From Crocosphaera subtropica ATCC 51142 (GTDB lineage: Bacteria; Cyanobacteriota; Cyanobacteriia; Cyanobacteriales; Microcystaceae): a stretch of 32,000 nt of DNA. The translations under genes were made by a program, and so were the position numbers. The notes under the pieces were generated by a model. It had not been told where the DNA came from. It did not search any database and saw only the letters and a list, made by a program, of their open reading frames with translations. Below, piece after piece: positions 6,664 through 15,553 of this stretch. The number at the start of each line of letters is the position of its first letter. The stretch's first letter is position 1. The DNA lies in contig NC_010546.1 of NCBI RefSeq assembly GCF_000017845.1, positions 2,310,001 through 2,342,000 on the forward strand, written 5' to 3'.

Positions 6664-7581
6664 ATGGAAAATATACAAGAACGAGGTCATCTGTTAACCG
6701 AACAGATCAATCCTAATAGTCAAAATTTAGATCAACTCAGTACCGTTGAATTAGTTGATCTCTTTAACACTGAAGATGCCCAAACCCTGAAAGCGATCGC
6801 CCAAGCAAGAATAGAATTAGCCCAGGCCATCGATGTCACCAGTAAAGCCCTAGGGAAAGGGGGTCGTTTATTTTACGTTGGAGCCGGCACCAGTGGGCGT
6901 TTAGGGGTCTTAGACGCAGCCGAATGTCCCCCTACCTTTTGTACTGATCCAGACATGGTACAGGGCATTATTGCCGGGGGTGCGGCCGCATTGGTAAGGA
7001 GTTCGGAAAATTTAGAAGATCGTCCCCAAGACGGGGCAGAAGCGATCGCCGGGCGAAAAGTGACAGAAAAGGATGTGGTTGTCGGTATCAGCGCAGGGGG
7101 AACCACGCCTTATGTTCACGGGGCCTTAAATGCAGCTAAACAAAGGGGGGCAACCACTATCGCTATGGCTTGCGTTCCGGCTGAACAAGTTCCTATCGTC
7201 GTTGATATTGATATTCGTCTCTTAACCGGTCCTGAAGTCTTAGCTGGTTCAACTCGTCTTAAAGCAGGAACCGTCACGAAAATGGCCTTAAATATCCTCT
7301 CCACGGGGGTAATGGTCAAACTGGGGAAAGTGTATGGCAACCGCATGATCGATGTTTCCGTCACTAATACGAAGCTTTATGACCGTGCTTTGCGTATTTT
7401 AGAAGAATTAACAGAGTTAAGCCGTCAAGAGGCTGCTGAGTTACTTGATCGCAGTGGTAAACGGGTTAAACTAGCTTTGTTGATGCACTGGGCCGAACTT
7501 GATGCCGAAGTCGGGCAGTTATTACTTGATAACCATCATGGCAATTTACGAGCAGCCCTGCAAGCCGGTCAAAATTCGTAG
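6664..7581 (+). CDS. murQ: N-acetylmuramic acid 6-phosphate etherase
   Basis: 305 aa. It has the SIS-domain motif GGRLFYVGAGTSGRLGVLDAAECPPTF and ISAGGTTPYV. It starts 5 nt after the DUF3110 stop. Confidence 0.9.
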   Translation: MENIQERGHLLTEQINPNSQNLDQLSTVELVDLFNTEDAQTLKAIAQARIELAQAIDVTSKALGKGGRLFYVGAGTSGRLGVLDAAECPPTFCTDPDMVQGIIAGGAAALVRSSENLEDRPQDGAEAIAGRKVTEKDVVVGISAGGTTPYVHGALNAAKQRGATTIAMACVPAEQVPIVVDIDIRLLTGPEVLAGSTRLKAGTVTKMALNILSTGVMVKLGKVYGNRMIDVSVTNTKLYDRALRILEELTELSRQEAAELLDRSGKRVKLALLMHWAELDAEVGQLLLDNHHGNLRAALQAGQNS

Positions 7582-7615
7582 AGATGTTTCATGAGCCATT
7601 ATTGTTAATAAAACT

Positions 7616-9124
7616 ATGTTAAATACATCGGAAACTACCACCATTTTAGTCATTATTCTTGTCGCATTGGGATTGTTAGCTTGGGGTTATAATCGAGCGA
7701 AAGGTTACGGAAAATTAGGGACATTAGCCTGGTTACAATCTGTAAGTTTAATGGCTCCTTGGTTAATCTTTTTTGGTTTATTTGCTTTAGGCATTTATCT
7801 GAATATTGTCGGTATTCTCTTTTTATTAATCACTTCGGTTATCCTCTATATTTACTTAGGAAAACGGCTTAGGGCAGAGGGACAAGATGTGATGTTGCGA
7901 GAAAAAGCAGCCCAACGCATTCAACAAGAAGAAGAGAAAAAAGCTGAAAAAGATAAGGATAATTCATCAACGGATACAGAACCCAAAAATGTGGGCGATG
8001 TCATTCCTATTCCTGACGAAGATTTACAACTAATTAAAGGCATTTTTGGCATTGATACCTTCTTCGCTACGGAAACCATTTCTTATCAAGAAGGAGCGAT
8101 TTTTAGGGGTAATTTACGGGGAGATCCCGACGAATCTTATCAAAAAATGTCAGAAAAACTCAAGAACAACTTTGGAGAAAAATATCGTCTCTTTTTAGTA
8201 GAAGGAACTGAGGGCAAGCCGGTGGTTATTATTCTGCCGAGTACGGACGATCCTCAACCGACCACCCTATTACAAAAAAATCTTGCTTTGGTGCTTTTTG
8301 TGGCAACAGTGGTAACAACTTTAGAAGCAGCGAGTATTTTATTAGGCTTTGATTTATTTAATAATTGGAATCGTTATCAAGAAGCTGTGCCGATTAGTTT
8401 AGCTCTTTGGAGTGTTTTGATTTCCCATGAAATCGGACACCGAATTGTAGCAAAACGGTACAATATTCGCATGAGTGTGCCATTTTTCTTACCCACTTGG
8501 CAAATCGGTTCTTTTGGTGCAATTACTCGGTTTGAATCTTTGATTCCCACCCGTAATGCTTTGTTTGATACCGCTTTAGCCGGTCCTGCTTGTGGGGGTA
8601 TTCTTTCGTTTATTCTGTTAATTGTTGGTTTAACTTTATCCCATGATGGTAGTCTATTTCAAGTACCTACTCAATTTTTTCAAGGCTCAATTTTGGTCGG
8701 AAGTTTAGCGAAAGTTATTATCGGAGATCAGTTACAAAATTCCATTGTTGATGTTCATCCTTTAACCGTTGTGGGGTGGTTAGGATTAGTGATTACCGCT
8801 TTAAATTTAATGCCTGCAGGACAATTAGATGGAGGTAGAATTATTCAAGCCATTTATGGTAGAAAAACCGCAAGAAGAACGACTATTATTACCTTAGTTA
8901 TTTTAGGAATTGTTACCATCTTTAGTCCAGCTAACCCTATCCCTTTATACTGGGCTGTGATCATTTTATTCTTACAAAGAGACTTAGAAAGACCCAGTCT
9001 GAATGAGTTAACTGAACCGGATGACACTCGTGCTGGATGGGGTCTATTAGCGTTGTTTTTAATGTTAGCAACGTTAATTCCTTTAAGTCCAGGTTTAGCA
9101 GGAAGATTAGGAATTGGTGGGTAA
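7616..9124 (+). CDS. Site-2 protease family (M50) membrane metalloprotease, EGY-like
   Basis: 502 aa and polytopic. It has HEIGH (HExxH) in a TM helix and the second M50 motif NLMPAGQLDGGRI. Confidence 0.85.
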   Translation: MLNTSETTTILVIILVALGLLAWGYNRAKGYGKLGTLAWLQSVSLMAPWLIFFGLFALGIYLNIVGILFLLITSVILYIYLGKRLRAEGQDVMLREKAAQRIQQEEEKKAEKDKDNSSTDTEPKNVGDVIPIPDEDLQLIKGIFGIDTFFATETISYQEGAIFRGNLRGDPDESYQKMSEKLKNNFGEKYRLFLVEGTEGKPVVIILPSTDDPQPTTLLQKNLALVLFVATVVTTLEAASILLGFDLFNNWNRYQEAVPISLALWSVLISHEIGHRIVAKRYNIRMSVPFFLPTWQIGSFGAITRFESLIPTRNALFDTALAGPACGGILSFILLIVGLTLSHDGSLFQVPTQFFQGSILVGSLAKVIIGDQLQNSIVDVHPLTVVGWLGLVITALNLMPAGQLDGGRIIQAIYGRKTARRTTIITLVILGIVTIFSPANPIPLYWAVIILFLQRDLERPSLNELTEPDDTRAGWGLLALFLMLATLIPLSPGLAGRLGIGG

Positions 9125-9209
9125 TTAATAATTAATAATTGCTCATTAACTCTTTCTGGTCTAAACTAAACAAAAGTCCTTATTCATCACTAATTTTGAC
9201 GAAATATCT

Positions 9210-10259
9210 ATGTTGAAGAAACCTTATTTAATTTTAATAACACTGTTATTAACCATGCCATTAACCGCTTGTGGAGGGGGTGGTGAAACCCCAGATCCTA
9301 CCACTGCAACCACCAGTCGTCTCGATACCATTAAACAACGGGGAACCTTGATCTGTGGGGTCAATGGAGAAGTACCAGGGTTCAGTTTTGTGGACGAAAA
9401 TGGTCAATATTCAGGGTTAGATGTAGATATCTGTCGGGCGATCGCTGCTGCTTTGTTTGATGATCCTGAGAAAGTAGAATACCGCAAACTCAGCGCACAA
9501 GAACGCTTCCCGGCCGTACAATCAGGGGAAGTAGATGTTCTTAATCGTAACACTACCTGGACGATTAGTCGGGACACCACTAACGGCATGGAATTTGCCC
9601 CAACGGTGTTTTATGATGGTCAAGGGATTATGGTGACAACCGCCAGTGGTGTGGCAGATATGGAAGGACTAGCTGGTAAATCTATCTGTGTCTTAGCGGG
9701 AACCACCACAGAGCAGAATTTAGCCGATCAAATGCGAAAAAGAGGCATAGAAGACTATAACCCTGTTACCTTTGAAGACGTAGATGCGCTTTATGCAGCT
9801 TATCAAGAGGGACGTTGCGAAGGGGTAACAGCCGATCGCTCTCAATTGGTCGCTCGTCGTTCTATTTTACCCAATCGGAATGATCATGCTATCTTAAATG
9901 TAGTCTTATCAAAAGAACCCCTAGGACCGGCAGTAAAAAATAATGATTCTGCTTGGTTTGATGCGGTTAAATGGATTACCTTTTCTTTAATTCAAGCCGA
10001 AGAATTGGGCATTAACTCCCAAAATATAGCCACCTTTGAAACCAGTGAAGACCCTAATGTGAGACGCTTTTTAGGATTAGATGATAAATTAGGGGAAGGA
10101 ATGGGATTACCCAATGATTTTGCTGCTCGTGTTGTTAAACACGTCGGTAATTATGGGGAGGTTTATGAGCGAAATATTGGCGAACCGTTGGGATTAGATC
10201 GCGGTCCGAATAACCTATGGACAGAAGGAGGTTTATTATATTCTCCACCGTTTAGATAG
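9210..10259 (+). CDS. aapJ: General L-amino-acid ABC transporter substrate-binding lipoprotein (AapJ/NatF-like)
   Basis: 349 aa. The signal peptide has lipobox LTAC. It is collinear with recalled Rhizobium AapJ (LD.IK.RG.LICG...DVD.CRA.AAA.F.DP.KV.Y..LSA.ERF.A.QSGEVDVL.RNTTWT.SRD...VGNYGE..ERN.G...L...RG.NNLW..GG..Y.PP.R). Confidence 0.9.
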   Translation: MLKKPYLILITLLLTMPLTACGGGGETPDPTTATTSRLDTIKQRGTLICGVNGEVPGFSFVDENGQYSGLDVDICRAIAAALFDDPEKVEYRKLSAQERFPAVQSGEVDVLNRNTTWTISRDTTNGMEFAPTVFYDGQGIMVTTASGVADMEGLAGKSICVLAGTTTEQNLADQMRKRGIEDYNPVTFEDVDALYAAYQEGRCEGVTADRSQLVARRSILPNRNDHAILNVVLSKEPLGPAVKNNDSAWFDAVKWITFSLIQAEELGINSQNIATFETSEDPNVRRFLGLDDKLGEGMGLPNDFAARVVKHVGNYGEVYERNIGEPLGLDRGPNNLWTEGGLLYSPPFR

Positions 10260-10403
10260 AATCGATAAGGGAAATGATTTAGGCTTTTAGGGCAGAAATT
10301 TAACAGCCCTAGGAGTATTAATTATGTAAATATCAGTTGTGTTAATATTGTCGCTAAAATCGAATTCTCTGCTATTATTAATCATCAATTTTGAAAGAGT
10401 CTT

Positions 10404-11258
10404 ATGTCTCAGATAGAAGAAAAACTAAAGGCTAAAACCTGTTTTGGTACCTTAGCATTAGGAGAAAACTATCGTAGTTTAGCTAAACTTTTAAGCAAAG
10501 ATATTGAGCAATATTCTCCTAGCACTCCTATGGTTATTCTAACAGATAAACCTCAAGAGTTCAGTGATTTTAGTAATGTTTTAGCCTTTAAACATAAACA
10601 GCAAAGTGTTGGTTGTTATCACGACAAACGATGTGTCATTGCTAAAGGTTTATCTTTGTTTGATGCTTGCATTTTTCTTGATGCTGATATTCGTATTTTA
10701 GCACCTATTGAGCAAACATTAGAATGGTCACCGGGCATTACTGCTCACATTGTTTGGACTAATATCCTTAAACACAATAAAAATCAATATCAACTGAATC
10801 TTCTCTCTAAAATGGCTCAAAAGTTAACTCTTAATTTAGAAGAGATTAGTTTTGTCCATGAAGCTATTTTTGTCGTTGCTAAAGATTCAGGTAAAGAATT
10901 AGACTTTTTGAATCAATGGGATAAAATAGCTCCTTATTTTGAATTAAATGGATTTTATCGAGGTGAAGGACATACTATCGGTTTAGCTGCTGCTAAAGCT
11001 GGTTTAAATATTAAACGGGAGTCCTTAGAAACCCTAAATTTCTTTAAAGATAAATTAGAAATCCAAAAGATAAAAAGAGGTCAAACTTCTTCTGAGCAAA
11101 TAGAAGAAATTTTAAATATACAAAAACAAAATGAATATCCTTATGAGACCCTAGATAAAAAAGTGTTAAAAAAACTAAATAAAATCTTAAATCGCATTTA
11201 TTGTACAATAATTTTACGGTATAAAACCATTAAAAATTTTAAATTTTATTACTTATAA
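10404..11258 (+). CDS. Hypothetical protein, possibly a GT-A-fold nucleotide-sugar transferase-like protein (DxD-type FLDAD motif)
   Basis: 284-aa AT-rich ORF between aapJ and aapQ. The only recognisable feature is CIFLDADIRI after a beta-strand-like VILTD. I cannot assign a family. Confidence 0.55.
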   Translation: MSQIEEKLKAKTCFGTLALGENYRSLAKLLSKDIEQYSPSTPMVILTDKPQEFSDFSNVLAFKHKQQSVGCYHDKRCVIAKGLSLFDACIFLDADIRILAPIEQTLEWSPGITAHIVWTNILKHNKNQYQLNLLSKMAQKLTLNLEEISFVHEAIFVVAKDSGKELDFLNQWDKIAPYFELNGFYRGEGHTIGLAAAKAGLNIKRESLETLNFFKDKLEIQKIKRGQTSSEQIEEILNIQKQNEYPYETLDKKVLKKLNKILNRIYCTIILRYKTIKNFKFYYL

Positions 11259-11284
11259 AAAATATCTCGAAATTCTTGAAAATT

Positions 11285-12463
11285 ATGTCTAATGTAAATG
11301 AGGGTAAAATACCCTTTTGGCGTGATTCACGAATCATAAAAGTAATTATACAGCTTTTAACAATCAGTATTATTATCTTAGTTTTCATTTTATTGGGTAA
11401 TAATCTCAGTCAAAATTTTAGACAATTAGGATTAACCTTTGGTTTCGGTTTTATTTTTGATCCTGACTTAAATTCCCGTTTTAATATCGGAGATAGTCCG
11501 ATTCCTTATCAGCCGACTGATCCCTATTATAGAGCCATTTTAGTGGGTTTATTGAACTCATTACGAGTCATGATCACAGGCATTATTTTAGCATTTTTAT
11601 TAGGGGTAATAATTGGACTGGGAAGATTATCAGATAACTGGTTAGTGCAGAAAATTGCTACAATTTATGTGGAAACCATACGCAATACTCCTTTACTATT
11701 ACAGCTATTTTTTTGGTATTTTGCCGTTTTTCTAAAATTTCCTAAAATTGATGCTCCTTTAGTTTTATTTAATTCTATTTTTCTTTCTAATCAAGGTGTC
11801 TATCTTCCCTTTCTTTTGAGAAATTTACAAACTTTTTTAGCCATTTTGATTTTATTATTAGGAGGAATAACTGCTTTTTTAATTTGGCGCAAAAAAACTA
11901 AAGTTATTATTCAACAAGGAACAACAGGCAAGGTTTACAATATTGGTTTAATTACTATTTTAATTCTATCATTTTTAATTGTTTTCTTCGGTTTAGATTG
12001 GCAATTTCCTAACTATGACTCACAAGTACAACGGATTCAAAATGGCTTGAATCTTTCCCCTGAATTTGCTACTTTATTAACAGGATTAACGATTTACACA
12101 GCAGCTTTCATTGCTGAAGTGGTTAGGTCGGGTATTCAGTCCGTTTCTAAAGGACAATGGGAAGCAGCTAAAGCATTAGGATTAAACTCAGGTTTAGCGA
12201 TGCGTTTAGTCATTTTCCCCCAAGCATTAAGAGTGATGATCCCCCCTTTAACCAGTGAATTTTTAAACTTAGCAAAGAATTCTAGTTTAGCGGTTGCCAT
12301 TGGGTATAATGACATTTATGCTGTATCTAATACCATTTCTAATCAAACGGGAAAATCCATTGAAATGTTATTAATTGTTATGGTAACGTATTTAATTTTT
12401 AATCTCATTATTTCCTCTGGAATGAACAGGTTAAACCGTTTTGTACAACTTAAAGAAAAATAA
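11285..12463 (+). CDS. aapQ: Amino-acid ABC transporter permease (AapQ/NatG-like)
   Basis: About 392 aa from the ATG at 11285 (the track ORF starts at TTG 11276). It is polytopic, with the EAA-loop region GQWEAAKALGLNSGLAMRLVIFPQALRVMIPPLTSEFLNLAKNSSLA typical of His/Glu/Gln/Arg-opine family permeases. Confidence 0.85.
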   Translation: MSNVNEGKIPFWRDSRIIKVIIQLLTISIIILVFILLGNNLSQNFRQLGLTFGFGFIFDPDLNSRFNIGDSPIPYQPTDPYYRAILVGLLNSLRVMITGIILAFLLGVIIGLGRLSDNWLVQKIATIYVETIRNTPLLLQLFFWYFAVFLKFPKIDAPLVLFNSIFLSNQGVYLPFLLRNLQTFLAILILLLGGITAFLIWRKKTKVIIQQGTTGKVYNIGLITILILSFLIVFFGLDWQFPNYDSQVQRIQNGLNLSPEFATLLTGLTIYTAAFIAEVVRSGIQSVSKGQWEAAKALGLNSGLAMRLVIFPQALRVMIPPLTSEFLNLAKNSSLAVAIGYNDIYAVSNTISNQTGKSIEMLLIVMVTYLIFNLIISSGMNRLNRFVQLKEK

Positions 12464-12483
12464 AAGGAGTGACAATAATCAAC

Positions 12484-12678
12484 ATGAATGAAAAAGTTGG
12501 TTTTTTGATTAAAATTATTATTAGTTCTTTTCTCCTCTCTCTAGCTATTAAATATTTAACCCCCTATCTTTCCCTTGATCCTAGTAATAGGAATGCACTG
12601 ATAATAGTTCTGATGCTTCCTTTGATCATTATGTTATTTTTAAGTAAAAAATTATGGAATAACCTTTCTAATTCTTAA
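12484..12678 (+). CDS. Small hypothetical two-helix membrane protein
   Basis: 64 aa from the ATG at 12484. AAGGAG (12464-12469) lies 14 nt upstream. There are two hydrophobic stretches and no recognisable family. Confidence 0.4.
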   Translation: MNEKVGFLIKIIISSFLLSLAIKYLTPYLSLDPSNRNALIIVLMLPLIIMLFLSKKLWNNLSNS

Positions 12679-12712
12679 GATACAAGAAAGACCCACAGGG
12701 GGTAAAATAGCA

Positions 12713-13786
12713 ATGAAGTTTTCTCAGTGGATTGGTTTTATTATTTTAATATGTTGTATTTACATTCTTTGGAATATTAAACAATTATTACTTTTATTCT
12801 TTACTGCTGTAATTATTGCTAATTTTATCAATCATGGGGTTCAAGCTTTACAAAGATTTGGTATAAAACGAGGCTATGCAGTTATATTATCTATAGTATT
12901 ATTGTTAACAATAGTCTCAGGATTTTTTTGGCTGATTGTTCCTCCATTTGCTCAACAATTACCACAACTATTCAAGCTAGTTCCCCAAGGAATTGATCAG
13001 TTAATTATAACCATTAAAGACTTTATTTCTCGTCTTGATCCAGAATTAATTGATGCGTTACCCAGTAGCCAAAAGATCATCGAACAATTACAACCTATAT
13101 TAGAAAGAATAGCTGGTCAAGGCTTATCCGTATTTTATACAACGTTAGGTATTCCCTTAACCTCATTACTATTATTAGCTTTGACATTAATGTTATTAGT
13201 CAATCCAAATGCTTATCGTCAAGGCTTTATTCGTTTTTTTCCCTCATTTTATCGACAAAAAGTAGATCATATATTAAAAGAATGCGATCGCTCATTACAA
13301 GGAGGGTTAACCATCATTTTATTTCAAATGGTGATGATCTCCTTGCTAAGTTTTATTGGTTTATCCCTTTTAAAAATGCCCTTGACGTTAGCACAATCTA
13401 TGTTGGCCGGAATTTTAACGTTTATTCCCAATATTGGGCCTGTTTTAAGCTTTATTCCCCCTGTGGCCATCGCTTTATTAGAAAGTCAATGGAAATCGTT
13501 TGCCGTCTTCATTCTTTATGTTATCTTTTACATCATTATTCAAATTGCAAAAAATAAATTACTCAACCCCTTAGTTATAGAAAATAGAAAATCCTTATTA
13601 CCTGCATTCACCCTACTTTCTCAAGTCTTTTTTGCTGGTTTATTTGGTGTTTTAGGCTTCTTTTTAGCCTTGCCCCTAGCCCTAGTGAGTCAAGTATGGT
13701 TACATGAAGTATTAGTCAAAGATATTTTAGATCGATGGAAAAATAAGTCCTCTCTAGAACAACGAAAACCAGAAATTGAATCTTAA
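12713..13786 (+). CDS. AI-2E family transporter (PerM/UPF0118)
   Basis: 357 aa and polytopic. It carries the signature-like region ILTFIPNIGPVLSFIPPVAIALL. Confidence 0.85.
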   Translation: MKFSQWIGFIILICCIYILWNIKQLLLLFFTAVIIANFINHGVQALQRFGIKRGYAVILSIVLLLTIVSGFFWLIVPPFAQQLPQLFKLVPQGIDQLIITIKDFISRLDPELIDALPSSQKIIEQLQPILERIAGQGLSVFYTTLGIPLTSLLLLALTLMLLVNPNAYRQGFIRFFPSFYRQKVDHILKECDRSLQGGLTIILFQMVMISLLSFIGLSLLKMPLTLAQSMLAGILTFIPNIGPVLSFIPPVAIALLESQWKSFAVFILYVIFYIIIQIAKNKLLNPLVIENRKSLLPAFTLLSQVFFAGLFGVLGFFLALPLALVSQVWLHEVLVKDILDRWKNKSSLEQRKPEIES

Positions 13787-13806
13787 ACTAAAATATATTA
13801 AGAACT

Positions 13807-15021
13807 ATGCGAACCCTGGCAGAAATTAACGAAAAAATTATAGACAAAAAAGCAGTGGTATGGACCGTAGAAGAACTCAAAAAACGGGTTCAAGACATAG
13901 GCGTTGACCAAGCATTTAAAACTGTTGATGTTATCTGTACCGGAACCTTTGAACCGATGGAGTCATCCGGGGCTATTTTTAATTTAGGTCATACTGACCC
14001 CCCTATCAAAATACGTCAATGCTGGTTAGATGGGGTTCCTGCTTACGCCGGGTTTGGGGCCGTGGATCTTTACCTTGGGGCCACTGCTATGGTAGATTAT
14101 AAAGCCATCGGTGAGATGAATGACAGCGAGAACCGTCCAGGAAATGTCAATATAGAACGAGGTGGGGGTCATGTCATAGAAGACTTGATCGCAGGAAAAC
14201 CCATCAGTCTCAAAGCCATTGGTCAAGTTACCGACTGTTATCCTCGGGCTTCCTTTGAAACCAATATCACCCGCAAAACCATCAATCAATTTTATTTATA
14301 TAACCCTCGTAACCTCTATCAAAACTTTATTGTCGGGGTGAATAGTAGCGATCGCTTTCTTTATACTTATCTCGGTCCCCTACAACCCACATTAGGGAAT
14401 GCTGTTTATTCTAACCCAGGGGCGATCGCACCGTTATTTAACGATCCTGATCTAGAATTAATTGGCATCGGCAGTCGCATTTTCCTCGGAGGTGGTGTCG
14501 GTTACGTTGCTTGGGAAGGAACCCAACATTTTCCCCTCCAGAAACGCTTGTCTAACCGTACTCCCATTGGACCAGCGGCCACGTTAGCATTGATAGGGGA
14601 TGCTAAAACCATGTCCCCTAAATGGGTGAGAGGGTGTTATTTTAATCATTACGGGCCCTCTTTAATGTTGGGGGTGGGTATTCCCTTTCCGGTATTGGAT
14701 CGCAAAGTGATCGAACATTGTGCCGTTGCAGATAAGGATGTGGTAGCCCCGGTGATTGATTTTTCCATTCCCCGTCGGGTTCGTCCGACGTTTGGTTTAG
14801 TGAGTTATGCTCAATTAAAAACAGGCCGCATGACCATAGAAGGAAAAAGTGTCCGGGTTGCACCTTTAGCGAGTATTGCCTTGTCTCGGAAAGTTGCTGA
14901 GGAGTTGAAAAGTTGGATAGAAAAAGGAGAATTTACCTTAACTGATCCGGTTGCACCTTTACCCAAAGATCGGGCGTTTATGGCCCAAGATTTATGGGGA
15001 TCTCAAATGACGTTAGAGTAA
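13807..15021 (+). CDS. DUF39/COG1900-type homocysteine biosynthesis-like protein (no CBS domains)
   Basis: 404 aa. The N-terminus EINEKI..KKAVVWTVEELK......VDVICTGTFEPMESSGAIFN matches my recollection of the COG1900 (methanogen MA1821-type) family. Confidence 0.75.
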   Translation: MRTLAEINEKIIDKKAVVWTVEELKKRVQDIGVDQAFKTVDVICTGTFEPMESSGAIFNLGHTDPPIKIRQCWLDGVPAYAGFGAVDLYLGATAMVDYKAIGEMNDSENRPGNVNIERGGGHVIEDLIAGKPISLKAIGQVTDCYPRASFETNITRKTINQFYLYNPRNLYQNFIVGVNSSDRFLYTYLGPLQPTLGNAVYSNPGAIAPLFNDPDLELIGIGSRIFLGGGVGYVAWEGTQHFPLQKRLSNRTPIGPAATLALIGDAKTMSPKWVRGCYFNHYGPSLMLGVGIPFPVLDRKVIEHCAVADKDVVAPVIDFSIPRRVRPTFGLVSYAQLKTGRMTIEGKSVRVAPLASIALSRKVAEELKSWIEKGEFTLTDPVAPLPKDRAFMAQDLWGSQMTLE

Positions 15022-15084
15022 CGAAATTTTGTAGGCCGATGCAATCCCCACCTTACAATAATATCTTAATTCCTAAAATATTAA

Positions 15085-15432
15085 TTAGATAACTTCCATC
15101 TCAATGACTTTAAGTTCGCTGTCACAAAGACCGATAACAGCAATTTTATAATTACCTAAATCATTAGCAGACCAAAAAAAATTAAAGCGATTATTTTTGT
15201 CTAGTTGATTAGGAGCATAAACAAAACCATGTTCAGATAAAAACAATCTTAATTCTTCATAACTCGATCCGATAGAAATGTTTTGGTTTAAACAATTACG
15301 AAATTCCTCTTTATTACCTCTATTACAAATCATCTTTGGCTTGGATAAGTTTTTTCTAATTGATAAAAGCACATAAAATCCATACATTATACAAGCCAAT
15401 AACCAACGTAGAAACAAAATTATTTTTTTCAT
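15085..15432 (-). CDS. Hypothetical small protein with an N-terminal membrane anchor or signal sequence
   Basis: 115-aa ORF that is very AT-rich. It has an N-terminal hydrophobic helix IILFLRWLLACIMYGFYVLLSI and no recognisable family. Confidence 0.5.
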   Translation of the reverse strand: MKKIILFLRWLLACIMYGFYVLLSIRKNLSKPKMICNRGNKEEFRNCLNQNISIGSSYEELRLFLSEHGFVYAPNQLDKNNRFNFFWSANDLGNYKIAVIGLCDSELKVIEMEVI

Positions 15433-15553
15433 TTTTTATAAGAGTTTTAATTCTACAATAGTAATTATATTTTACCGTGCATTTTAAGAATTAGAATATT
15501 AATGTTTTTGATTATCAAGCTTTCTAAAGATTTAGATAAATAAAGAAAAAATA

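Noticed and set aside
11276-11284. Non-ATG extended starts from the ORF track: TTG 11276 for aapQ, GTG 12469 for the small membrane ORF, TTG 24744 for the SnoaL-like gene and TTG 28355 for the porin.
   Set aside because: In each case an in-frame ATG lies a few codons downstream with equal or better SD spacing. The extensions add no recognisable sequence. The true starts remain uncertain without N-terminal or TSS data.
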